The position numbers and the translations under genes are program-made. The notes beneath the pieces are model-generated. The model made no database searches and had not been told where the DNA came from. It saw nothing but the letters and a program-made list of their open reading frames with translations. A DNA stretch of 63,049 nucleotides, counting the filler, from Reticulomyxa filosa (Eukaryota > Protista > Foraminifera): assembly GCA_000512085.1 (NCBI GenBank). It is 26 parts of 26 records of this genome, joined end to end, with 100 filler letters (N's around TTAATTAATTAA, not from the genome) between each part and the next. Parts side by side here need not be neighbours in the genome. Positions count along the whole stretch, not along the records: positions 48,683 to 52,312 come from ASPP01025658.1; positions 52,413 to 56,688 come from ASPP01003366.1; positions 56,789 to 57,839 come from ASPP01026005.1; positions 57,940 to 59,592 come from ASPP01025372.1; positions 59,693 to 61,746 come from ASPP01007566.1; positions 61,847 to 63,049 come from ASPP01024454.1; 20 more parts are not named here. One strand, 5' to 3'. Below are positions 51,102 through 63,049 of this stretch, in pieces. Every line of letters starts with the position of its first letter. The first letter of the stretch is position 1.

Positions 51102-51532
51102 GAGTGGCAATAGATGTTTAAATTGCATGATTATTTATGAATAATATATTATTGTGCTATCGGTTGATAGTACAAAGCATTATAAATCAAAAATACATTT
51201 ATAAATATATTGCATATCGAAAAATATATTTCAAAACTACAATTATTAATTTTATTTAAATATGACTTTGATTTAAGTTTTTTATCAATATTTTCTAATT
51301 ATTTCAAAAATTTGAATTTTTTGATTTTTGTAAATTCTGGAAAAAAGATTAGAAAAAAAAATGTATGAAAATAATATTGTCTTGACTGCATGTCAGTTTG
51401 TATTTGAGTTATGTTTGCAATATATCATTAACAAAATTAAAATCACATTTCTGATTAAAGCATTCGTAAGTATGCCGACGTTTTCCCACTTGAACGTGAC
51501 AAAAAATTATATAAAATATACAGAGAAAATTA

Positions 51533-52009
51533 ATGGACGATAAAAAATCACGGTCTCAAGCAGAAGAGTACATACATATCGCACAACAAAGTATCAGTGA
51601 GCATCCAACACATCGTTATCATCAAAAGCAACAGCAATTGAATTTTTTCTCCAGGTTGAGCTTTGCCAACTTGAAGGACTTCCAAAAGTCAGCGCATGGT
51701 ATTCCGTATGTGTCATTACCAGAAATGAAGCTGTCGCGTTTGTCTCACGAGGAGTTGATGATCCCACTTGTGTATTGGAGCAGGCCTCCGCAGCACTACA
51801 TTACAGCAATGTATGTGCAAAAATCGAAGCGAAGTGGAGACATTATTGTGACCGGAAGCAACTATGGCGAGTTAGTATTGTGGCGAAGCGTCACAAGCAC
51901 AATAACCACAGATGCATACGAACAACAGCAGCAAGATGGCAACACAAAGAAGCCACATGACAATAACAGTGATGAAGATGACGAGGATGATGATATTAAA
52001 TATGAGAAC

Positions 52010-52065
<56 letters not shown>

Positions 52066-52273
52066 TGCAAAAGTGGAAGAAAGAAGAAGTGATAATAAAC
52101 AAAGTGCAAGAGGATCAGAACAAAAAGAAGGGCCCTCTAAAAAAACACTCCGAGAAACAAAGCCCATGGAAAAATGGGCCCCTATTTGCATGTCTTTCTC
52201 CACAAATACCTCGCCAATCATGTCCATTCTAGGTGAATTTCAGCACAAGGAGCAAGCCTCGTTTTTAGGTTAG
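51533..52273 (+). CDS. WDR7: WDR7/rabconnectin-3beta-like protein, 5' exon
   Basis: LMIPLVYWSRPPQHYITAM...DIIVTGSNYGELVLW...PICMSFSTNTSPI parallels the WDR7/WDR72 N-terminus (LPIVLWG..P.H.I....IVTG..DG.I.LW); poly-Asn insert. Confidence 0.7.
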
Positions 52274-52412
52274 GGATGTCAGGGACTGTTTTTTTTTTTT
52301 TTTTTTTTTTTTNNNNNNNNNNNNNNNNNNNNNNNNNNNNNNNNNNNNNNNNNNNNTTAATTAATTAANNNNNNNNNNNNNNNNNNNNNNNNNNNNNNNN
52401 NNNNNNNNNNNN

Positions 52413-53459
52413 ATTTGAGCAATCACCAAATTTGCTTTTACTCTTTACTACAAATGGTGAATATTCAACAGCTTTAACAAAATTTGAGTGTCCTTTAAAT
52501 ACTTGAATTTGTCTACGAGATCGAATATCCCATAAACGAACACTTTTATCATTTGATCCAGATAGTATAGTATTTGCACCACCACTAATTCCTAATTCAT
52601 TTGATCCATATTTTACACTATTTGCTGTAGATGTATGCCATTTGAATATAACAATTTGTTTGGCTGTTTCAATATCCCATATTCGAATAGTTTCATCTGA
52701 TGATCCAGAACAAATAGTATATCCATTACCGCCAATCACACCAATACTGCTACTTATATTCAAATTACTTTGTAATGGTGAAAAATCCACACACTGAACA
52801 CCATATTTGTGTTCATTAAAAATATATAATGGTTTAGATGTTTCAACATCCCATAAACGAATTGTTTTATCTTCAGATCCAGAACATAAATATCGACCAC
52901 CATTAAATAATGAAAATTCAATACCATAAACACGATTGTTGTGTTTATTTAATATTTGTAATTGTTAATTATCTTTGATATCCCAAAAACGAATGGTTTT
53001 ATCATATGATGAAGAACAAATGACATTACGAAAATGATTATGATAATGATATGGTGAAAATTTCACACAAGAAACTTCATATGAATGTCCATTAAATGAT
53101 TGAATATGTTGGCCAGTTTCTAGATCCCACACACGAACTGTTGTATCACTTGATCCAGAACAAATAAATTGACCATCATTAAATGTTGAATAATCAATAC
53201 TATTCACGCATTCCGAGTGTCCATAAAATGTTTTTAGTAATTTGGACGACGAACAAAACATGTCAAGAATGAAGATTGTGGTTGCCTGTATAAAATAGTA
53301 ACAACAAAATTAACATTTGAGTAATTCATTGAATAATAAAAATAAAAAAAACATAACATAATCTACAACAATTTTTTCAAAATACTGTATCCATCCGAAT
53401 TTAATATGTAATACTCTAATCCAATGTTTAACAATTACTTGGATTTCTTCTTCTTCTGA
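52413..53459 (-). pseudogene. WD40-repeat gene (amplified family) with N-terminal HWIR/LGWI module exon; one in-frame stop
   Basis: Module exon 53358-53459; repeats GH...VxSIDYS/FSP...ICSGSxDxTIRxWD; in-frame TAA at 52965-52967 with the frame continuing to the contig end. Confidence 0.8.
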
Positions 53460-54045
53460 CTGGTTCAATCATAAATAACATACAATAAAAGCAAAAAAAA
53501 TACAATAAAAACAGAGAGTTTACTAACTATTCTCACTTTTCTTGCAATGTATCACTTATCTCAAATCTTCGATTCTACCTTTTCCTTTGTTAATTAACAT
53601 ACGAAAGGAATTTACAAGTTCTTTCAATGAGAATTGTCAAAAAATCAATTTGTAACATACATTTCCTTAGCATAATGATAAGTTTTTTAAACTGCAAATA
53701 TGATAGATACATTTTATTATGGAGTATGGTACAAAAACGCGATTATGCCTATAATAAAAGAGTTTTTGACGATTTTTTCAATTAACAGAAGTTTGTAATA
53801 TCAACGAATTCTTAAAATAACTTTGAATAGCAACTTGCAAGAAATTCATAATCTAGGAAATTAAAGTAAAAAATATAAGCAATTATGCTTAAAACGTACA
53901 TGCGAAATTGCTACAGATTCTTATTTGAAAAAAAGCAGATTTGAATTTTGAAATACAATTAGTTTCTTTTTCTGCATTCACAAAAAGCAGAAGTATTTTA
54001 TAAGCTTGACATTTGTTTAGTGTGTTCTTTTCTCAGCAATATTGT

Positions 54046-56152
54046 TTAGTCTTTGTGGCAAAATCTTTGCACGGCAGCCAAGTATCTTTGAGGGAGATGG
54101 CAATATAAACCATCAAAAAACTCAAAGACAAACTCTTGAAAGATTAAACGATGAGAACTGGCATTGACCAAGACAAGATCGTGTCTCCAAGCATGTTGCT
54201 TGTCGGTGTCTTTTTCACGATTGGAAAAGGTTATAAGATCTTGCCAGTTTTCTGAATTCAGAAGTTGTGACATTGATCGAGAAACCTTGTTTCCAATTCC
54301 AGAAACCCAGTATTCGGATTCCCCCGTCGTTTTAGCCTCGTCTATGTCTTGATTAGGATCAACACCAGTTTCCATAATGATTTTGGTACGCGTATATTCT
54401 TTATATTTCTTGACACGTGTGCAGATCCATGAGGACTTCCCTTCGTTTCACGACATTTTCTTCCAAGCAAATTTTGGGAACAAACCACAAGACAGTGCCT
54501 AACGGATACAATTTAGCGTCTTCATTGTCCGAGTAGGTTTTTTTCAGCCGTTCAAAAAACATAGATAAAGCACAATCTCTTTCTGTGGCGTCGTAATCAC
54601 TCAAGCCCTTAGGATCACTTAGTTCTCTCTTTCAGCCATTTTTTTTATTTATACGTATACGCAAATGGAAAAAAAAAGGGGAGGGGGGGGGGGAAAAGTA
54701 GTTGGAATATGTTGTTAACCAGTGCCAAAGTGAGAACGCTTTTGGGATAACTTTTGATTAAATCCATTCGCTTGTATCCCTGACGCAAGCTTTCCAAAGA
54801 TAGCCTGGTGACAACGTCGGAGCCGAGGTTAATAGTGAAGACTTTGTTTTGCAAAGACAAGTCCTTTCGGGCGATATTGAAGGAGACCACACAAGGACTG
54901 GCAAAAGCAAAGACTTTCATAAGTGGGGCAATGACTTTGTCGTCTTTCCACAGCAACGCCAACATGGATGCCACGCCGGCACCCAAGCTATGTCCGGTGA
55001 TAAAAATTTCGCGAATGGACACATGTTTTTTTTGGGTTTCGCAAAGTTGTAAATATTTTTTGATCTTGCCTTCGACTAGATCACGTACGTATAACGCGGA
55101 CTGTAATATTCCCTCGTGGCATAAGCCCACAACACAGTTGGTGGTTCCAAACGATTGCATCTTACTCTCGGCGTTCAAGTCTGTAACAATGTCTCGAATG
55201 CTGGATGACCCGCGAATACACAATACCAGCCTTTGTCTCTTGTGGTCCGCGCAAATGTAATACTTGGGCTGATGCAGTTCTTTCGACCATTCGCTCAGAT
55301 TGTCGGCCACCCATTCCAATTGCTCTTCGCCGTTTTTGCTCGTTGGAATGTCGCATTTGTCCGCGATGAGACTTTGCGTGGTCGAGTACTTGGTCATTAG
55401 CTCGTAACTTGTAATCAGTCCCAACGTTGCCAAGTACACGCCCGGGTATACGTGCACGGCATGATTCACTGCATAGTACATGTCCTCCGATAGCTGCCAC
55501 GTTTCGATCGACTGCTCGATCGACATCACCGCCTTTGCGACCTCCTCCGCCTTTGGATACGTGCTGTCCACACGATGGCTCAGCTTGCTCCACAACTGTG
55601 CCGCGTTCCAATGCTTGCTGTCGATTATTCGGTCGAAAAATTTATCCCCTGTCAATTGCTTCCACAGTCCTGTCAACACCTTTTCATTCGTTCGTTGTCC
55701 GTCGCAATTGGGCGTTGTATTTTTTTTTTTTATTTTTTTTTTTTTTTTTAGGCGTTTTCATGTGTCCATATGAATGCAATTAAAATGTGTATATGCATGT
55801 AAATGTATATGTACATATGTATGTTTTATCATGATGTTATCTTGTACTCTCTTCCCCGAGAAAAAAAAAATGTCGCTCATACTTCATTTTCATTTTTAGG
55901 TGCCTCCTCTTCATTTAAAAGCCCTTCCACCCAATCCCACTCATTTCCATCATCTTCTGTGTGCGCTTCGTAAGTAAATGTAGCCTCGTTCTCCATTTTT
56001 ATTTCATCTGCATTACTGCTTCTTTTTTTCCCTTGCTTTGGCGTGAGCATTTCGCTATATTGGCTTATCTGGCTTGACAGATCTTGTATTCGATCCCATG
56101 CCCATTTTACACCCCATTGTTGGCTTGCTGCGTTATCTATTATTCGCATCAT
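54046..56152 (-). CDS. Class-3 lipase (DAG-lipase-like alpha/beta hydrolase), multi-exon
   Basis: LVLCIRGSSSIRDIVTDL, CHEGILQSA, ITGHSLGAG (GxSxG), FASPCV, DVVTRLS, CHLPQRY (catalytic His); frameshift near 54415. Confidence 0.9.
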
Positions 56153-57014
56153 ATAACGTCATAATTTTTTTCTTTTCTTTTCATTTGCTCCGCAAGTCAC
56201 AGGATTTTCACAAAGGCTCATATAAAAATAAACACCTCACACCATCATTTTTAGACATTTAGAGATAATCTTGTAAAATTATTTGCTAGTATTTTTCTTC
56301 ACGATTAGACTTTTAGGAAACTCTCCAAAATCTTAAGAGAATATTAATTTTACCGTTGTTTTAAATGTTCTATAATATAAAAAAAATTATAAGAAAACAT
56401 TTTATGTCACTTTCAAACATAAGGCGGTCGAATCGCTGCGTAAGTGAAATATCCGCATATTAAAAGATTGGCATTCATTTTTTTAAAATGAAAAATATTT
56501 TGAAACAATTCCCAAAAAGACATTAGTTTATCTTTATATATTTTCCAAGTTCAATCAAACTTTGTGACGCCATATCAATAAGTGAAGTTCCACTCTGTTC
56601 TTTCCCAAAAACTTTACTTCCGCTTTGTTTTGTGTTCTTTCATATGTAGGGTAAAGCCCTATTATACAAGTTCAAATAAAGGAACTGTNNNNNNNNNNNN
56701 NNNNNNNNNNNNNNNNNNNNNNNNNNNNNNNNTTAATTAATTAANNNNNNNNNNNNNNNNNNNNNNNNNNNNNNNNNNNNNNNNNNNNTGTAATTGTCAT
56801 CAATACGTCATTAAATATTTTGTATTGACTAATGAGCAAAAATATTATTCAAACAACGGCGAAAACTTGTTTTTTTTGTTATCTTTGGGGATGATTCTCT
56901 TTGCCACAAATATATGTTTTTAAAAATTAGATCTTTTATCATTTTCATTTTTCTACTAGTAATCTCGTGGACGCAGTAATGACACACTTTTTTCATGCTA
57001 TTCACCAATTTGCT

Positions 57015-57839
57015 CTAGCATTTAATCAAAATTGAATTATTGCACGATGAGCACACAAAACCATATGCTAATTTGTTATTTTATCATCAACACTTTCGTT
57101 GCTATACAGTGACTCTTGGTATTTGTTCGTTTTCGGATTTTTAAATGAAACACTATTGATATTAATTCTTTTGGTGTGTCATTACATCATTATTGCCGAA
57201 ACGCCGAAAATGTGTATCTTTAAAAAATTTAACAAAGTTATTCAGAAAGATATGTTGCAAAAAGTCAACATACATCACAAAGTTTTTTTTTTAGTTTTAT
57301 TGCTTATTACTCATCTCATATTTAAATAAAATAAAAAACAAAATGTAGTACAAATATTAGTTTTGTCATTGATGTTTTCAAAACAAATGTAATCCATTTC
57401 TATAACAAATTTCATAATCTCTTTTATAACTTGTTTTTTTGTTAAAGTTAGTTGAATAAAAAACATATTTGGAATAAACTATCCAAAATATCAAAATGAA
57501 GTTTAAATAAGAGCCTAAAAAAAGAAAAAGCAAAGACCAGTCAGTTTGTATATTGAATTATTGGCGCTTTTAGTAAATCCGATCCGCGACCAATTGTTGA
57601 TTTTAAAAAAAAAAAAAGAAAAGAAATGCAATATATACCATAACACCTGAGACAAAGAAGACAAGAAAAGAAGAAGCACGTTAAAAAAAAAAAAAAAAAA
57701 GCCAGGGGAACGAGTGCATTGTAAATTCCCAAGCAAAGCGTGTATGTTGCTTCAATTGAATGACGTAATTAGCCACTGCCTTGGATGAACTATTTCCAAA
57801 CTTGGCACGGTTTGGACTTTCAAATGTGACGTGGTTTTC
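57015..57839 (-). pseudogene. SPRY/B30.2-like domain fragment, disrupted
   Basis: AVANYVI...FAWEFTMH/INNWSRIGF...FGNNDVM...VSFKN; stops and frameshifts in the distal part. Confidence 0.35.
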
Positions 57840-57941
57840 NNNNNNNNNNNNNNNNNNNNNNNNNNNNNNNNNNNNNNNNNNNNTTAATTAATTAANNNNN
57901 NNNNNNNNNNNNNNNNNNNNNNNNNNNNNNNNNNNNNNNAT

Positions 57942-57978
57942 CGTTTTAGGCGTTCAGTTTTCTTTGCAACCTACTGTA
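57942..57978. mobile_element. Right end of a second copy of the 26794-26871 element
   Basis: cgttttaggcgttcagttttctttgcaacctactgTA versus cgttttaggtgtcaactttactttgcattttactgTA (29/37 identical); lies at a contig start. Confidence 0.6.
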
Positions 57979-59059
57979 GAATAAAATGTCTTAAAGTCAT
58001 ATCATTGAAAAAGAAAGTAAAGAACAACGTAAATGCAAGAAATGATACTTATGATTTGAACTTATGTTATAGTTTGTTCAGATATCATTCGTATTTGATG
58101 ATAATCTTGTCAGAAATTGTTGATATGACATTACACTAACAATGAAATTTTCCTAAATAATGAACAAATTTCTCTTTTTTTTCCATGAAATGCAACAAAC
58201 ATTATTCATTACTAAAATACTGTTTGTACAATTTTGAAATTTAAAAGATATACTAATATTTTATCAATAAGTACGATTAACTAAGTAAAACACGCAAATA
58301 TTATAACTTTAAATTATAAACAAATGTTCAATGATTGGATATGTTATATTAATTAGCTGAAAATTTGCTTATTTGATTTATTAAAAAAAATTAAAATTAC
58401 AGAATTTTTTGCTGTTAGAAAAGATACTACACCAAAGGCAAATAGTCCCTTTGTATGAATCATAACACATATTAACACGTTCTTTCCTTTTTGAATTTAG
58501 AAAAAACAATATATTCCAATTTTCTTTTCCTTCGATCCCATATCTTTTTACTTGATCAAATATTCCAAAAACGAATTTTATTATTGTTTACCGGATCGAA
58601 TATCTTACAAACGAACAGTTTGATCATTTGGTGTTGATAATATTATATTTACTAATTCATTTGATTTATATTTTACACTTCCAGTACAATCTTCATGCTT
58701 GTCTTTTTTTTTGGAATGTTTTGTTGAGTGTGACGCATTTCAATAGTAACGTCTTTTGCAATGAAAGAGAATTTTTTTGAAATGAAGTTGTCAAATTGTT
58801 TAAATATAAAATTTATTTGGGATCTTGCTGGTTTTTTTCTTGTTTTGAGCTCTATACTTTCCTAGCTTAAAAACAATAATGTCTCTGTCAGTAAACTTTC
58901 ATTGGTGTAATGATCCAATTTTTCAAAAAAAGGAGCATCACGAATAACATTGTCACATAGTAGAAAACAAGCCGCGCATATTTTTTTCTGGGGTCTGCTG
59001 AGTTTCACTAATTTTTGAGTTTCTTTTTTGTGTGGTAAGAAGATTTTCAAGATATAGAG

Positions 59060-59519
59060 ATGGATGAAGACATGGAGATATCTGACTCCGAAAAGATGGA
59101 AGGAGTTCCGGCGGTGCCTGGTTTGGACGATCCAAAAGGGAACGAAGAGGAGGCAGAAGGAAAGCAACAAGTAAAAGAAGAAGAGCAACAAGAAAAAGAG
59201 AAGCAGAAAAAGCAAAGTGATGACGAGAACAACAAGGAGAGTAGATTGGATGGCCCAGATGAAGATGGTTGGGATGGCCCAGATGAGGATGGTTGGGATG
59301 ACCCAGATGAGGATGATTGGGATAACCCAGATGGGCAGTATGATTATTACCCCTTCCCTCCACTTGCACCCCGGTCACCAAAGGACAAGCCCGTCGTTAC
59401 TCAGCACACACCGAGTGAAGGTGAGCCGGACAGTGGTCCTGAAGGATCGTTTAACGACAAATTATCACGTGCACAGCCACAGCGTAGTTGGATGTGTGGA
59501 AAATGTAAAAAATATATAG
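59060..59519 (+). CDS. Acidic protein 5' exon with D(G/D)PDED(G/D)W repeats and the start of a WxCxxC zinc finger
   Basis: 24-bp repeats at 59249-59335; SWMCGKC before the donor at 59520. Confidence 0.65.
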
Positions 59520-59692
59520 GTAAGGAAAAAGTTTTTACTCCAAAAAAAAAAAAAAAAACGTGCACTTGACTAACACTTTTTTTTTTTTTTTTNNNNNNNN
59601 NNNNNNNNNNNNNNNNNNNNNNNNNNNNNNNNNNNNTTAATTAATTAANNNNNNNNNNNNNNNNNNNNNNNNNNNNNNNNNNNNNNNNNNNN

Positions 59693-61630
59693 CGTCGGCG
59701 GGGTCGCGAAGGAATGAACCCGGGAAGAACCTCGGAACGGAAGAGCGCGGGAACGAAGAGACAATGCGACGCAGCTTTTTGTCGACGAAAAAGAATGGAC
59801 AAAAGCAGGACAATGCGCTCGGACTGCGAGACCGCGCAAACGAAGAAATGTTGAACGAGACACCAGTGCTGAGGATTGTGCCGTGGTTGCAAAGCATAAC
59901 AAAGGGAAACATTGGATTGGACAAGACGATAATCGGATTGGACTTCAACCCTTCGGGCGCGTGGTTGTCCGTCACTTGTAAGGATTGCAGTGTATACCTC
60001 TTGCCGATAAGGAGTTTATTAAAAATCCCAATGGATCAAATTGAGTTGTCGATTAGCAATTTGGAGCACGAGCGCATTCAATTGAATGGCAGAGCTATTT
60101 CCGGTCATCAGCATCATCAGCATCATCAGCATCATAATTCCCATTCTCATTCTCATTCTCATTCTCATCATCAAGATCTGTCTCGAGGTGGAGTGATGCT
60201 GGTCGAGTCAGAAAACAATACACGCATACGCGAAAAAGCAATGAAGTCGAAAGGAAGTGAACTGCGCATTGGAGTTGGGAGTTTGTCCCACTTGGTCCTG
60301 CATCGTGGGAAGCCCCATCGAGGACCGCAGCACTCACATTTGCAGGACAATAGCAACTCACTTGACCATTGGCTCGATAGCGTATACGTGCTGGCCAATA
60401 CTCCCGAGTCTGCCCTCACCACTTTGCAGTCGAGTGGCAGTCTGGCTCTGTCGTTGAGTCCGTTTGGAGCCAATGCCAAGGCCTGGATGACACGTCGTGG
60501 TAACGACACTAGTGAAGTGCTGGAGGAGTCAGTGTGCGAAAAAAACAGTGAGCATTATGGACCTCAGGAAGACCTGACGGTAATTAGTTTGGGATGGAAT
60601 GTTCCCAAACGTACAAGTATCAATACTAATACTAATACTACTACTAATGCTAATAACAATAACAATAACAATACCAATACGAATAATGCCAATGCCTCAA
60701 GTACTCAAAAAAAAGCAGACAAAGAATTACATGCCACTTGTGCATGCTGGTGGAAGACACGAGGTGGAATGGACTTTATCATTGTTGGGACCAACGACGG
60801 ACGCTTATGCTTTTATGACGTGCGCACACATAAGAAAACGTGGATTGAAATTGGAGACCCCAAATGGATTGTCAACAAATTAGAGTTGGTGATCGACATA
60901 CGTAGCAGCAGCGTGTTGGTGCGGTGCTACGACCCTCTCGCGTTGTTCAAGCCCAGCGATCAAAGTCAGGCCCGCCAATTGAAACAGAAAAGCAAATTCG
61001 AAATGGGCAAGTATATTCATTACGAGTATTTCATGCTATTGTTGGAGCGTCCGTCCAAACATGATAAGAACAGTCATCGACCGGACCCTTATGAAAAGCT
61101 CAATGGGATTACCCCCGAAATTTTGGCTCAGTCCGGATTCGTGCTAAAGAATAGCGACGAAGAGATTGACCCTGCCACCATCACCAACTGGGATTGCATC
61201 GTTCAGTGCTTCGACACCGACAAGGATGCCTTTTCACCACAGCCTCTTCACATTGGCGACGACCAGTCTCATATTCAATTGTCCGTCTATCACAACACCG
61301 GGTCCATCATTGCCGACCCACATCAACACACGCCCACTCCCAGCGAAGCCGCCGCAGCCAAACTAGGCCTCAAATATCCCAAACGCAGAATTGTCGCTCA
61401 AAACGAAATTGAATATCAACATCTGCAACAACAACAGGACGCAGATCGACTGCGAGATCCTCATGCTCCCTTTGCACCGCAAGAGGACCCCATCGCTACC
61501 GAACATGCGCGCTCGTGCGTCCACTTTGGTGTTCTCGACATGGACGAGGGAAAACTCACCTTGCATGCTATTGACGAAATTCATCAGCCGCCAAGAGCAC
61601 ACTTTAAAATTAAGCCTTCGCTAGGCAATG
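59693..61630 (+). CDS. Large hypothetical protein fragment with divergent WD40-like blades and His/Asn-rich inserts
   Basis: Over 620 codons open; GLDFNPSGAWLSVTCKDCSVYLL and TCACWW...IIVGTNDGRLCFYDV. Confidence 0.75.
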
Positions 61631-62539
61631 TTTCGTATATGTAAATATATATATATATATTATATATACACATATATATATATGCATATATATATATATA
61701 TGTATGTACATATTTGTATATGCATATGTGTATATCTCTCACATTTNNNNNNNNNNNNNNNNNNNNNNNNNNNNNNNNNNNNNNNNNNNNTTAATTAATT
61801 AANNNNNNNNNNNNNNNNNNNNNNNNNNNNNNNNNNNNNNNNNNNNAAAATTTTCAATATCTATTAAAATTTTCAAAAAATGAACAAAAACATTAATGAT
61901 TTTTGCATGTTTTCTACACTTTTATTAAAAACCAAAGATATTTTTAGATGCTACATGATGTCTAGATATAATTTAAAAAAAAGATTTTGAAAAATTTTAA
62001 TTCTTCATGAATAAAATTGCAAATATTTATAGGGTTCATTTTAGGGTAGTCTTTTTTTTTTGCGGTCGATTGCACATGTACAATCACTAAAAATGAAAGC
62101 CTGCTAAAGGGTAAAAATAATAGACATTATCATGTTAGTTTTGAAATCTATTTCTCCGTGATACAAGAGCATTAAAACATAAAATTTACATACAAAATCA
62201 TGAGCGTGCAAACGTTTGTAGTCTGAGAGCTCCAATGGTCAAGAGACACGTTGCGTCAAGCTGTGTTGGTTGTAGTCTTCAAAGTTTAAAAAAGGTCTCC
62301 GAACTTCAACATGCTGGGTGATCGTGACAGTCGCACTAACAATAAGCGACGCAACAGCCAGCGTAATGATGGGGGTGCTCCAGTGAACACGTATGACTGT
62401 ATGAATTTGAGAGAAAAACAATGAGTGTACAGTTAGGAAATATGAAACACTGAGTTTTTATGTTTGTTTGTCCCTTCTCGTTTGTGTAATGTACAGACAC
62501 GAGAGAAACAGCCGTGGTTCATTTTCGTTGTCATCAACA

Positions 62540-62870
62540 ATGGACCCTTCATTAAATGGAGGAGGGATTCAAGACGGGCCGCAAGAGCTGCTAGCAGCTC
62601 CTTGTGAGGGCGATGAATTTTGGGACTATTACCGAGCAAGTGGGCATTTAAGCAGAGCAGAAACAAAAATAATCATCAAAATTATGGAAGAGCTAGCCAG
62701 AGACGCATTGAAAGATTTTGTGAAAGGTTGGATTCAGTCCCGAATCCGCCCTAAAGAGTTACCTAACATAACCATTAAAAACGGCGTACCCGTGGCACGA
62801 GGTCATCGACTAAGGTCCCACAATGCCAGGTCACACCAATTGCGGCAGTCTAGCTCTTCTACACATGTTA
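62540..62870 (+). CDS. Hypothetical protein 5' exon
   Basis: MDPSLNGG...EFWDYY...DFVKGWIQSRIRP, GC-richer, ending at a probable donor. Confidence 0.45.
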
Positions 62871-63049
62871 GATGTCTTTCATTGCTTAATGCATTAAAAA
62901 AAAACAAAAAAAAGGACTTTTTAAAAAAAAAAAAAAAAAACCAAACTACGTATACAAACATATGACAATGTAACAATGGCAAATAAATGTAAACCATTTA
63001 CTGTTACATGCACAATACTTATAGCTTGGAAAAAAAAAAAAAAAAAAAA

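Noticed and set aside
52965-52967. In-frame stops at expected Gln/Trp positions (TAA 52965, TGA 13766, TAG ~9238) suggesting a non-standard genetic code
   Set aside because: All three stop types are involved, each one transition from CAA or TGG, mostly in genes with other lesions. Intact genes here use TGG/CAA normally and end in TAA or TGA. Pseudogenisation or sequencing error is simpler.
61636-61746. (TA)n/(TG)n, (AAT)n and (CAATA)n tracts at contig ends as telomeric or functional repeats
   Set aside because: They are intronic microsatellites at assembly breaks with no consistent telomere unit.
1-63049. tRNA, rRNA, CRISPR arrays, transposase/RT genes or prokaryotic operons
   Set aside because: None could be recognised by eye; a tRNAscan/Infernal run would be needed to exclude small RNAs.

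Overview
This window is not one locus. It is about 26 short eukaryotic contigs joined by 25 artificial 100-nt linkers (N44-TTAATTAATTAA-N44), so adjacency across a linker has no biological meaning. AT-richness, short GT-AG introns, homopolymer and microsatellite contig ends, and the characteristic Kelch-like, WD40, TRAF/RING-type and 7TM families suggest the foraminiferan Reticulomyxa filosa or a relative (inference). Recognisable housekeeping genes or fragments: MUTYH/MutY, CapZ-beta, CNOT4 RING, BIG/GBF-type Sec7 ARF-GEF, Rab escort protein/GDI, WDR7, class-3 lipase, and SET, ShKT and CAP-Gly proteins. These sit among amplified beta-propeller families, many of them pseudogenised. Main observations: (1) a ~33-34-codon exon encoding an 'HWIRxLxIKLGWIxDFDKII' module that is C-terminal on Kelch-like proteins and N-terminal on WD40 proteins; (2) a near-perfect WD40 array with hypervariable sites and a 1257-bp higher-order period; (3) a candidate gustatory-receptor-like (7TMIC) channel; (4) introns that are U-rich at the 5' end and A-rich at the 3' end; (5) a 78-bp Tc1/mariner-pogo-type MITE and a candidate solo LTR; (6) an NLS plus PIP box inserted in the MutY catalytic domain. 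All homology calls come from motif recognition by eye; no database search was run.
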